DNA of 64,000 nt from Hydrolagus colliei (Eukaryota): positions 7,068,001 to 7,132,000 of the forward strand of contig CM068752.1 in the NCBI GenBank assembly GCA_035084275.1, given 5' to 3'. Below are positions 37,800 to 49,520 of this stretch, piece after piece. Position 1 is the stretch's first letter, and every line of letters starts with the position of its first letter. The notes beneath the pieces are model-generated. The model did not search any database, had not been told where the DNA came from, and worked only from the letters and a program-made list of their open reading frames with translations. The position numbers and the translations under genes were made by a program.

Positions 37800-37844
37800 T
37801 TGTGGAATGGGAGATTGTGGAATGGGAGATTGTGGAATGGGGGG
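37800..37844. repeat. 3 x 15-bp tandem repeat in HAND1 5' UTR
   Basis: ttgtggaatgggaga twice, then ttgtggaatgggggg, ending 2 nt before the ATG. Confidence 0.9.
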
Positions 37845-38099
37845 GAATCGGTGGGAGATTCAGGATCCGAGCTGTTCAAACGCGCAATTCCAAACTCCGG
37901 ATCCTTAAAGTGTGAAGTGCCTTTTGAGAAGTCTCCTCGCCATGAGCGGTATCCACTCTGCTCCTGTTTTCCGACTTTCACGATTGTTTTTTTTGTTTGT
38001 TAAACGGTTGTCACCAATGTCTTTTTCAACCTTTATTTCCTCGGTATTTTCCTGCTTCACAGGTACGTCTACGCTTTACTCGAATTGCACAGTCGTTTA

Positions 38100-38250
38100 A
38101 CCCTTCTGTTAATTCCAAGTTATATAGTAGAGTTTTGATCGATGTGAAGCATCGCAGCCAATAGACCGAGGAGCAGGGGGAGTGGGAGGAGACTTAGAGG
38201 GACGTTTACTTTACTAAATACTTTGTTTCTTTAGGCAATTGGTCACGTTT
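38100..38250 (-). promoter_or_regulatory. HAND1 core promoter
   Basis: TATATAA on - at 38126-38120, CCAAT at 38158-38162, G-rich SP/KLF-like GGGGGAGTGGGAGG at about 38176-38189. About 325 nt upstream of the ATG. Confidence 0.7.
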
Positions 38251-38772
38251 CTAATCGCTTCAGAGTGAGAGAGAGAGGCACGAGGTGAAGCGCAATGAAC
38301 GTGAGCAAATTGGGAGAAGAAATAAAAGATTGACACTAAAATAAAATGATTTATTTTCAATTGTACTGTTTCCCAGTGTTTTATATACAGTCATCATAAT
38401 CTCGTTTCATGTCGGTGAAATCACGATTTGAATTTCTACCCCCACTACACAGATACCGAACCCTTAACCCTATATTGATGTTTATCAACAACAACAACTT
38501 GCATTTTAATATTTATGTGAATGTATGGTCCGAGTGATTCTTTAGTGAACTGAGAACCTGCAGCAAAATCACTGCCCCCCCCCCCCCCCCCCCCATTTAC
38601 ATTGCTTTGATTTTTTTAAATTAAAATATTACACATTAAACTCGAGCAAGACTTTAGAAATAGTTTAGTATTACACTATTGTAATCTAAATTATTATATT
38701 CACGTTAAACAGGAAGTATGTTTTTACTTTGAATGTATCAGACCTTATTGAGAAATGAGATCATGGCATTGT

Positions 38773-39057
38773 GGAGTCCTGCAGCTCAGTGGTTAGAGCT
38801 CTCGCCTGACAAGCGAGAATCCTGGGTTCAATTCCAGGCAGGGTGAATCCTTGGTTTCCTTACTCCATATGCCTGATAATAATCTCTCAAAACAAATACA
38901 ATAATTGATCTGTTGGTCGCTGCTGTGCGCAATTGGCTGCTGAGTTTCGCCCACATATTTGCAGTCAATTCACTTTACAGTATATTCTGTGAAGCGCTTT
39001 GAGACACCCAGGAAATGTGAAAAGTGCTACATCGAATGCAAGGCTTATTATTATTAT
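38773..39057 (+). mobile_element. tRNA-derived SINE, full length
   Basis: ggagtcctgcagctcagtggttagagc...gggttcaattcc...aatgcaaggcttattattatt. Confidence 0.88.
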
Positions 39058-39239
39058 CAATTTATATGGAACAGTAACAAAAAATTAAAATATAGGAAAT
39101 CGCTTCTGTAACATTACGGCCGTGTAATGGCAGGATTAACGTAAAGTGATTTACATCTCCTTGGTTACTAGACGGTGTGACTAAAATTGTACCAAGAATA
39201 AACATGTTACAGTGAGATATGGAAAAAAATGCTTCAACA

Positions 39240-39975
39240 CTGCCTCTTTCACAGGCCATTGAAACTCTTATCCAATACAATTATTCAATTATTATTCAAT
39301 TATTCAATACATCTAGGCTCGACTATGCTAGCTCCCTGCTCATGAATGGAACAGTACAAATGCAATTTTGTTGTTGTTGGTCTTCCCAACTCTTCCCTTC
39401 ACAAGCTGCACATGATCCAGAAATCTGTAGCTCATGTCCTCTCCCAGACCAGGCTCTGTAATGTCCTTCTGATGTGAAAGGCGCGATACAAATTCATTTG
39501 TTATTGTTGTCGATCTTTTCATCCCATCCTCACCCGGTTCCACTGGCTCCCCATCCCCCCAAATGATAATAGTTAAAAAGTTTGCACTCTCCACTTACCT
39601 CGCGCCTTCCTACATCTACGACCTGCTAAACCCAAATCAACTTGTCCACTTCCTACACTCAGCGGCCTCCGGCCTGCTCCACGAACCCTGCCTGGCTCAC
39701 CCCACCATTGTCAGCCGAGCATTTGTCTTCTCTGCTCCTGCCCTTTCAAACTCCACCCCACAATTCCTTCATCTTGCTCCCTCACTTGCCTTCTTCAAAG
39801 GCATCTCAAGACTCTCCTCTTCAACAATTCCTTGTCCATATACCCCCTGCTCTCCACCCCACTAATCCCAACAACAAAATTACATTTGTATACCCCTGTT
39901 AAGTTCCAAACTCCTGACTGTCCAGTTGTTTGGTACATTGTCCTGATGCGAAAGGCACTTTACACACATCATTTG
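39240..39975 (+). mobile_element. L2 LINE 3' fragment with nested tails
   Basis: TSRLDYASSLL remnant, ORF2 C-terminus and decayed tail. Confidence 0.75.
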
Positions 39976-40589
39976 CTATCGTTCTTCTTAAAAGTGAAGT
40001 TGCTGCTTCATTGTTCAATGCCAACAAATACAGAATAAGGGTCAATCAGAATACTAACTGGCAACACTGCTAGCAAAAATTATCTTCTTTGGGTAGCTAT
40101 ATTTGCAAACAAAATATACAGTCATTTCACTTCACAGTATATTCTGTAAAGCACTTTCTTGAAGATGTGATAAGGTGCTATATCAAATGCAAGGATTGTT
40201 ATTATATTGTTAGTCAGTGTAATACCACACTGAACTAAATCTTCTTTCTTTTTTCTTTCTATTTCTCTGATTCTCCTCAAATTTATTTTTCTCTCTGATG
40301 CTTTCACTCTATTCCTGAGTTAGAATCATAGGAACCATAGACATTTAAAAATGGGTGTCGCGGGTATAGACAAAGAGATAGAGTTAACTGGACATGTACA
40401 AATGGACATTAGCTGTGGTTTCAGCGTCTCATTACAGTTATCAAACTGATGCTTTTTACTGTGTCTCTAAAATGCCCAATGCCCTGACTATTATATGACA
40501 ACCAGAATTGTATACAGTATTGCGAAATTCCACATAGGCTGTAACAATATGAAACACAATTGTTAAAATAATCTTAAATTCAGTCTTAA

Positions 40590-40890
40590 ATAATAATAAT
40601 CCTTGTATTTGATGTAGCACTTTCACATCTTCTGGATGTCTCAAAGCATTTCACAGAATATACTGTAAAATCAATTGACTGAATATTTATGGGTGAATGC
40701 AGCAGCCAGCAGCAGTGTTCTACAAATAGTCATGGATTGAAACGATCAATTTATTATAGTTTTTTGTTCTTGAGGGATTCTTATCAGGCACGTGGAGTAA
40801 AGAAACTTGCCCAGTGTTTCATCCTGCCTGGAATTGAACCCAGGTCTGTCTTGGAAGCCAAGTGCTCTAATCACTGGGCTACAGGATACC
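40590..40890 (-). mobile_element. tRNA-derived SINE, full length
   Basis: Family tail through to head (gggctacaggatacc). Confidence 0.85.
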
Positions 40891-41269
40891 ACAAATGGAA
40901 GATGGAGTCCTTCAATTCTTAATAAGAATGTTCAAATTATGATTTTTTTTACACTTGGCATATTCTTAACATTTGCGGAAAAAAAAGATTGGTGTTAACC
41001 TGTAAAGAGGTTAGACCAGGTTAACACCAGGTCTAACGTTAGGCCTCAGGTAGGGCTAAGTCAGTGATCTATAAAACAAACAGTATCTCTTGGTTTGACT
41101 TGATGAAAAGGAAGGTTCCTTCTGCTCCAGTAAATTTATCGTTTGCTTCATGACTGCTTGTGGGCCCTTGAAGTGCACAATAATGGCTGCCACATTTGCC
41201 TACATTTGTTGGTGAAAGTAGCAGCCAATTTGCACACAACAGTGTTCCACAAACAGTCGTAAAGGGAAT

Positions 41270-41425
41270 CGTGTCTGTCGGCCAGGACACCAGGAGAAAC
41301 TCACTTCTCATTTTGAATACTGTTGTTCCATGCAAATCTTTCAAGTCCACCTGAACAGGCAGAGATGGGACTTGGGTTTAATGTCTCATCCCAAGGACTA
41401 AACCTCTGACAATGCAATGCACTCA
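41270..41425 (-). mobile_element. Deu-domain SINE relic (AmnSINE1/SacSINE1-like)
   Basis: ggccaggacaccaggagaaactc...gtccacctgaacaggcaga...ggtttaatgtctcatcc...acctctgacaatgca. Related copies at about 31285-31440, 54030-54170 and 55630-55680. Confidence 0.6.
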
Positions 41426-41619
41426 ACTACAATCTTCATTAAAGGTAAAACGCCTTTAACTCCTAGGTTTATTTGTTGTGATGTTTAGTGGGGTTGAACA
41501 CCAGAAATTACTTATAAGTGTGTCTATCTGTGTGCTTGTCTTTGTGTGTGTGTGTGTATACGATATACCTGTTTTTTGTGTGTAACCACGTAGATGTAAT
41601 CACATAAATACCAATTATT

Positions 41620-43470
41620 GATAAGGTATCATTCTGACAGAAACGTTGTAAACTCGTTCTCACCGTTTCGTGCCTTCGTGGAAATTGTTTTCCCGAAAAG
41701 TATTTCTGCAGGTCACACACACCGAGGGGGCGGGGGAGGCTTCGGGAACAAACCCTGGCACGTTATTTCCAGCCGCTAATCGCCTGTGTTACTTCCCCCA
41801 GTTCTCGGTCAGACACAAATATAGTTGATGCTCATTTCTGCTGATTTTCCAAAACATTTTTTTAACAATCCTTTAATCCCCCCACCCCACCCACCACCCC
41901 AGTCACCCCCCCCCCCCCCCCCCCCCAGTGCTTTATTGGGAGATTATCATTATTTTTGTTTTCCTGCGAATCTCTATGTCTCAGTGACTTCGACCGATAT
42001 TCAAATGACACTGACAATTTCAGGACGAAAGCTGTTGTTTTGTGAGGCTGGAGCTGCAGACCGAGTTCCCCGTGTCCGGCAGAGCCGGGAAGTTACAGTC
42101 AGCGACTGTGATCCACCGAAAATAATCCATATCGGAATAACAAGGTGTTTAATAGGGAAGTGTCGGATCCTGTTAGCGTTTAGACCGAAATACAAATGTG
42201 GTTCTCGGCCATGTGTCTTTTTGATTTTTAACTCGCTGCGATTTGGTGGAAAAGGTGAAAGGTCGGAGATTCTACCACGGTCGATAAATTAGAAATGAAA
42301 GATCGGAAACCTCAGATATTTGGCCGAATGGACTTTAAGGTTTTTCACGAAAACCGGATTAAATGCATCGCCGAACGTGCGGTTTAGATCCCGACCTATT
42401 GATTCCGTCGCAATTGACGACCGACGGCATTAAATTAAGTTACAAGTGGATCGATGTTCATCATTTTGCCAAGATCTCTGGGTGGGAGTCCATTAAACTG
42501 ACGCGGGTCGTGGGATTCATTTCTAACTTTGTGACATTTCTAACTTTGAACAAGTGTGATGGTAGCGGCACTGTACCGGGAGTCAAATGGAAATCATTGC
42601 ACACTCACTGAACTGCGGTGGCTTTTAGTGAGATTGTGCGGGTGAATTTGTCCCAAAGAAACTTTGTGTAATTACCCCCTGGGCTTCCGCGGGGTTGGGG
42701 GATTACACTGAGGGTTTACCGGTTAATCAAGTGAACGTCTTAAATGTCATCGAAATACAGAATACAGTTCCGTGTGTGTCGAAAACCCGGCAGCTCGCTG
42801 ACCAGTGCAAATGTTTGAAATTGTTCCAAGTGGGATTGATAGCAGAATGCACAGCATTGACAGGGAATGGGGGGATCTCACAATTGATGCTTTAATATCA
42901 CGGGCTTTGGGGAAGTCATCGTGTTCCCCCCCCCCCCCCAGATGAGAACATATTTGATACCAAACCGAAAGTATCGGCGAATTGAATGTGATCGTGAGCG
43001 AGTCTTCAACTTAAACCGTCCAGTTTGAACACAAATCTTATTTCAGATGAGAAGTCAGAAACAAAACTTCCGAAGTGACTTGGAAAAGGGGAAAAAAAAC
43101 GTAAAATGATATGAAACTGACTCACGTCACACAATCACTGAACAAAATAAAATACTTTTTGATCGCTGCGTTTTGTATCGAGGTTAATTCAGCGAACGAG
43201 TTTTTTGCTGTGAGTGTTTCACACATGTGTCTGTGTATTCCGGGGAAAACTATCGCAATTTCGATTTGAAACTGTAAGTACGTTTTACCAGATCTTCGAG
43301 GGTTTGGACCATCTCGGTCGCTCTCGGGTTAATTGGGAATTTCACTTGTGCTTCTGTTTACCAGTTTTTTTAAAAAAGAAACAATTTACAAGTTTCAAAT
43401 AATCGCTGCCAAAGTTAACGCGAATCTGAAATTTCTGCAGCTGTTACTGTAGCCGGAGCCGCTCTAGTGT
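41620..43470. promoter_or_regulatory. CpG-enriched block upstream of HAND1 (CpG-island-like)
   Basis: Visibly higher CpG density than the flanks, no SINE/LINE copies seen, several poly-C tracts, AP-1 TGACTCA at 43118-43124 overlapping CACGTCA. Confidence 0.5.
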
Positions 43471-44514
43471 GAAGCTGTTTATTAAAATAAATATATATAT
43501 ATATACTGTATATACATATATATATATAAATACACAGAATGCGGAAATGGGATAATACGTCTGTTTTCATTTAATGTTTATAACTGCCGATTTATCCTTT
43601 ATTAAATCCGAAGAGACTTCAGCTGTGGCCACATTTTTATTGGGCTATAAACATGGATAATAATAAAAGGTAGAAAATATCCCGCAAATATTAGTTGGGA
43701 AATATCTCCATCATTGATGTCAAGAAGAAATACCCCCCCCCCCCCACCCCCCCACCCCCCCAAACCCCCTCCTCCCACTGTGATAACTACATCTTACAAC
43801 TGAGTGTACACTAAACACACACACGAGAGAGAGAGAGTGACATTCAGCCAACAGAAATCGAAACTGTTGGAGTTGCAGGAGCAAGCTGCTGTTCTCTTTC
43901 AGAGACTTAATTACCGAGAACCTGACTCTGGTGACGCTAATTCTTCCGACTCGTAATCCGCCTTAAACTTTCGTCTTCAGGTCTCAGAAAAGCTCACAAT
44001 TAACACCCGTAATTACCAGGTCTGTTGTGCAGAGGGTACAGCATTTGAGGAGGTAAGAGACCTGGGCACCAGCTGGATATTGTATTTGGAGAGTAAGATG
44101 GGGATGGGAAATAGTGAAAGGATGGGATAAAAATGAGGACAAAATACATCACTCGCCTGTGTCTTTCGTCATTGTATTCTAGTCAAATAGTCCACAAAGA
44201 GTGACATTGCCATAGACACACGAACAACGATCACTTGGCCCTATATTGTGTTTGTGGAACTGCATCCTGACTGCTAGAAAGTGCACATTTATCAGCCACA
44301 GAATCATGTTCAGCCGCAATGGCTGTTACTGTCAAAAGTTGTAACAGTCAAGCAAAGGGTAGAAAGTAAAACGACAAATTGTGTTAACTATATATATATA
44401 TATCCTATATGTACCGAATTATAGGTAACCTTAATGAGGTTATTAACACATAATAAACAGAATAACAGTAATTGTTTGTTAATAATACTAAGAATATTCC
44501 ATACATTTGATATA

Positions 44515-45045
44515 TAATAATAATAATCCTTGCATTCGATATAGGCTTTTCACATCTTCTAGACGTCTCAAAGCGCCTCACAAAATATATTGTAAAGTGA
44601 ATTGACCGTATATTTGTGGGCGAAATATATAGTGCCTTATCACATCCTCGAGATGTGTTATAAAGCACTCCACAGAATATACTGTGAAGGTAATTGCCTG
44701 TATATTTTGTGGGCAAAATGTGACAGCCAATTGGGCACAGTCATGTCCCACAAACAGTCTTGGATTGAGTGATTTAAATAATTATTTTTTAAATGTTTTG
44801 GAAGAGCCTTGGGATGTCCTCCCGATGTGAAAGGTGCTATAGAAATATAATATTTTTGTTGTTGTGGAAGGGATTATTACCCCTGGAAAAGCGGTTCGCC
44901 AATCGACTATCAACTGGGTTCCTACATATTGCTGGGTAAACAGAGACATGTGGAGTAAGGAAACTTGCCCAAAGTTTTGCCCTGCCTGGGAATCAAACCC
45001 AGCGTCCTCTCACTTGCTGGGTGAGTTCGCTAACCACTGAGCTGA
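44515..45045 (-). mobile_element. compound SINE (two tails, nested L2 tail, longer central domain)
   Basis: Tails at 44515 and about 44625, L2 tail at 44805-44865 (+), head ctaaccactgagct at 45030-45043. Confidence 0.8.
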
Positions 45046-45721
45046 ATACATTGTTGGTTGTTAAGTATTTTGATTGTGTTTTTCATAATGAGACAAAGTG
45101 AATAAATTATACAAAAATAGGTCTTGAATAATTCAACTATTATTGAATAAATTAATAACAGTTAGAGAAAGTAAAGATTATATTAGGATTACAAAACCCA
45201 GCCAGAATATATATCTTGAACACAATTTTGAAACATTTACAAAGTACTGTACTGTACATATATAGGATGGATTAATGTTTTACAACTTTTCAGGAAAGAA
45301 ATTACAATGTATTTCATTCAGAGCACTGAGGGCCAAATATAAATAATTAGCCACCACACTTGGGTATGAAAATTGAGCCCTCAATTGTATAAGGAAGAGG
45401 TTCTCTTTGATAGTTATCTTTAAATTAGCTTAAATAGAAAACACCCAATCCAGTTTTGCTGTAACTAGAAATGGAAGATAACGGCATATCAATTGTTACA
45501 TCAGCTATCTAACTAATTCAATGTTGAATGTTGTGTAGCTTCGAAATATATCGCACTATTATACTACACACAAGTAATTCCAGGGTGTTGGAGACATATT
45601 GAGCGTGCTAATCCTATTATGTGTAAAATAGAAAACATGAGAACAACAGCTAGTATATGATCTAAAAAGCTGCCCATAAACACTTAGGAAAACCAGAAAT
45701 GACAATCCCTGGAATAAGTGT

Positions 45722-46080
45722 AACAACAACAACAACAAAATTACACTTGTACAGCACCGATCACGTCAGGAGGACGTCCCAAGGCGCTGGACAGTCATTG
45801 TTTCAGACCCGAGCTGGGGTCGGGGACAGGGAGGGTAGAGGGAAACGGGGGATTTGGTGTGACCGATGGAACTGTCGAAGAGGAGGGTCTCGTCACAGAA
45901 CTTGAAGGAGGCCAGGGAGGGCGCGAGGCTGAGGGACTGCGGGATGGAGTTCCAGAGGTTGGGGGCAGAGTGGCTAAAAGGATCGCCCGTCAATGGTGGA
46001 GCGGGTGGGCCGGAGCCTGCTGAGTGGAGGGGGCGGGCAGATTGGCAGGGGTTAGGAGGTTGCAGTGGTAGGGCGGGGTG
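45722..46080 (-). mobile_element. L2 LINE 3' end
   Basis: (caa)n aaattacacttgtacagcaccgatcacgtcaggaggacgtcccaaggcgctgg, plus FSHSAPNLWNSIPQSL peptide. Confidence 0.85.
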
Positions 46081-49000
46081 TAAACAGAGATCAGTTATCC
46101 TGATGCATTGTTATTCAATTATATTTTACTTGGAACAAGTGGAACATATTTCACTTTTTGCTACTTTTAACAGTGAATTCCAACAGAAAATGTCCTTGCT
46201 GATAGCTACTGCTTGTAATAACCATTAGCCCTTTAATGCCATTTACAATGTCACTGCCGGAGCACTCATTGCCTGTATTGCAGTTAGTACAGTTTATGTT
46301 GAACACCTGTACAACCTGCACTGCCCGTGTGTGAGGCTGCCCTGCTATGTATAAGGCTGCTCTGTTGTGTTGAGGCTGCAGATCTGCATTCCATGTTTGT
46401 GCCAGTAAGTATTTAATATATATAATTCTTGGATGCAATGCCCAAATCTGTTATTTAATACAAATAATAAAATATTTAGAGGCAGAGAAGAGACTGCTGT
46501 AGAACAGATTATTGCTGAACATCATATTCATTCTCATTGTGTTTTTTTTTGCTTTAATCCCATCTATTCCGCTAAACTTTTTTAAATGTGTTTTTTTCAA
46601 ATAAAGATATTGCACTTTTCAAATGGTTCAGAACATTGTAGGAATTGCAGGACTGGACACTAGAAGCATCTCTTTACAAGCGCAGGAATATTTAAAGTCC
46701 ATCTAAGCAGCCAGACAGGATCTTTCTTTGTTTCATGTCTAATCTGAAAATGCAGCGTTGGGAGTGTCTTAGATAATTAGTTCAAAATTCTGATGTGGGG
46801 TTTGACCCCCAATCCTCTGACACAGAGGTGAAAGTGCTGCCAACTGAGCCGGCCTGAAATGTCCCAAGATGTCTATTTATCCTTGATGATTATTCTCGAG
46901 CAGCATCAAGTCTATGTCAAAATGAATTAATCAATTCCTGAGTAGTCCTGTTGTTTGTTCACAGGATTTATTTCCTGGATGAACTTAATATTAATGATAA
47001 CAATAATCCTTGCATTTGATATAGCGCTTTTCACGTCTTCTAGACGTCTCAAAGCGCTTCACAGAATATACTGTAAAGTGAATTGACTGTACATTTGTGG
47101 ACGAAATGTGGCAGCAAATTGTTATTAATAAACTTAATAGCAATTGTATAAGATGTTGAATTATGGAAATGTTACAAAGTTTTATGCCATAGTGCACTTT
47201 GTCGATGTCATATCCCCTGATATTACAGAGAATTATTAGCCAAACCTGTCCATGTTAATGTTAATACCCATCTTATTCACTCTTCACAGCTCCTCCGTTC
47301 CCCTGTATCCCCGTATCTCTCATATTTATGCAACTACTGTATATATATATATATATACTACTGTATATATATACAAAACAATGGAAGTCCATCCTATTGA
47401 TGTTTGAGTCGTATATAAAAAGTTTACAAAACAAATCTCCAAACCATAGCAGCAAATAAATATTCTGGGAAAATCTGTAAAGTAAATGAAACATGTCAAG
47501 ATTATTTGAATGCTCTTAAATTAATTTGGTCATGCCTGAAATGCCTATGACATTATTAATTTACACTATTATTAACCAGGTTGGTAATCTGAGATAGAGA
47601 TTGCTTAAACCTGACAAATCTTTCCAAGAATGCTCTGCAGCTTTTCTCAAATGATTTGTCCATATCTCCAGGGGAATTTTGCCATTGTAGCTTTAACTCC
47701 TGTCTGCCCTTGTTTGCTGCATTTAACTCCAATGGTGCTGGATCAGTGAGCTAAGAATCATCACTGGAATTTGTCTTTCGAAACAATATCACATGTTGCA
47801 GTTGATGAATATATGCACCCAAACCACCATTAATACTAAGACACAAACTTATGTAGGTACCAGATAAACATTATGAAGACATTGCTGAGGAAGTGAGAGG
47901 CCGTGGTATATTCATCAAACAGAAATGAATTGATTTTAAAAAAAGCTTAACGCATTTCTGCAATAAAGATTGCATTTTCAGAATAAAGAAAATGCAATCA
48001 TTATAAGTGTTCAAAAATAAATCCTCTAATTACTTAAAAAAATTACTTTAAATGCCCTCAGGCCACCACTTTCTTTTCTTTGTTTAATCTCATTATGACA
48101 TTTGCATTAAACATGCGTTCACCGCCCGGCTGATTTACAGAGCGCAGCTTGTAATAGAGATTGTATCTGGCTTCTAGGGCTGTTAGAAGCCAGGGCCTGA
48201 AGGCTAAGTTTCCCTGAACTACAAATAAATCCCTCTGTTCTGCACCCACTGTCTCAGACCACCAACAGCCGGGTCCTGAATACTACAGAGAGATTGGGCT
48301 GTCTCTAAGATTATGTACTGATTCCCTTAAGGTACATGGCAGGATCCCAAATTTTGGCATTGTTGTAGTGATGCAGCAATTGCAGACTGGATGAGGAACA
48401 CTGAGCTGCCCCTTTGGGAGGCAGCACAACTACAGTTTTGCATCAACTCAATCTTGTTCTTACCCAATGCTCAAATATGCACGCATTCTAGCGGGGTGTT
48501 TCTGAATAGAAATCAAGATTAAGTGCGTGACTGATTTCTCCCTCTTACCCCCGCCCTGGCTGATATCAGTCACCGAACAGAGACCAAATCATTATTTTTA
48601 ATGAACTTTCCACTTTTGCATATCGGCAGACACTTTTTGGGAAAAGGAAATCACATTCTGTTGTTAAATAATCCAATCAGATACTGGGTAAATAAAACAC
48701 TGCCCATTTATGGAAATCCTCTTATTTAATTGTGTTGAATCTTTCTGAAAGCCTCAGATCAGATGGCTCCAAAGAGGGTGGGGGGGAGAAGATGACCATA
48801 ACAGTGGCATTGTTATGGTTTATATAGCATCCCTCATGCATAGTCATGTGGTTCTTATTGTTTTACTTAGACTCATTTACACAATTTGCCAATCTTTCAA
48901 TTTAGTATTATCCTCAAACGTACCAGAACCCTAGATATTTCAAACATGCTCCTTGCAGGTCTCCCTCGTTTCACCGTCTGTAGCTCCAACTAATACACAA

Positions 49001-49249
49001 CACCATTGCGCACATCCTCATTTACTCCAAACTCCATCTGTCTATCACCCCTGTCCTTGCCTGCATCCCAACGGATCAACTTCAAGGTACCAACCTTTAT
49101 TAATTCTTCCATGCCCAATCTCCCTCCATCCCCACCTGCCCCCCTCAATCACGATCGAAAACACTGATTGTCCAGCGGCTTGGGATGTTCTCTCAAAGCA
49201 AAAGTCACTATACATATGTAATTGTGTTATTGTTGTTTTAATGATATAT

Positions 49250-49520
49250 AACAATAACAAATTTTATTTATATGGAAACTTTCACATCAGGGGCAAGTCC
49301 AAAGGGGATAGCCAGTGAAGGATCTGCCCTTGAGCTGGGTGTTGGAGTTAAGATGGGTGGAGGGCAAGGGGGTAGGGGTGGAAGTGGGCGGATGATTAAA
49401 GGCACAATCAAAGAGGAAGATATCGAAGGAGGCAATTGAGGGGCTCTGGGATGGAATGGGGAGGGCAAGGGACATGGAGCAGGCAGGCCTGTGCCTGCCG
49501 AGCGAAAGGAATAGACAGGT
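49250..49520 (-). mobile_element. L2 LINE 3' end
   Basis: Decayed tail and 3' region similar to other copies. Confidence 0.65.

Noticed and set aside
37294-38003. Overlapping ORFs around HAND1 exon 1 (131, 160 and 89 aa)
   Set aside because: Shadow or alternative frames in GC-rich coding DNA; the 160-aa ORF lacks a real ATG start and has no recognisable homology.
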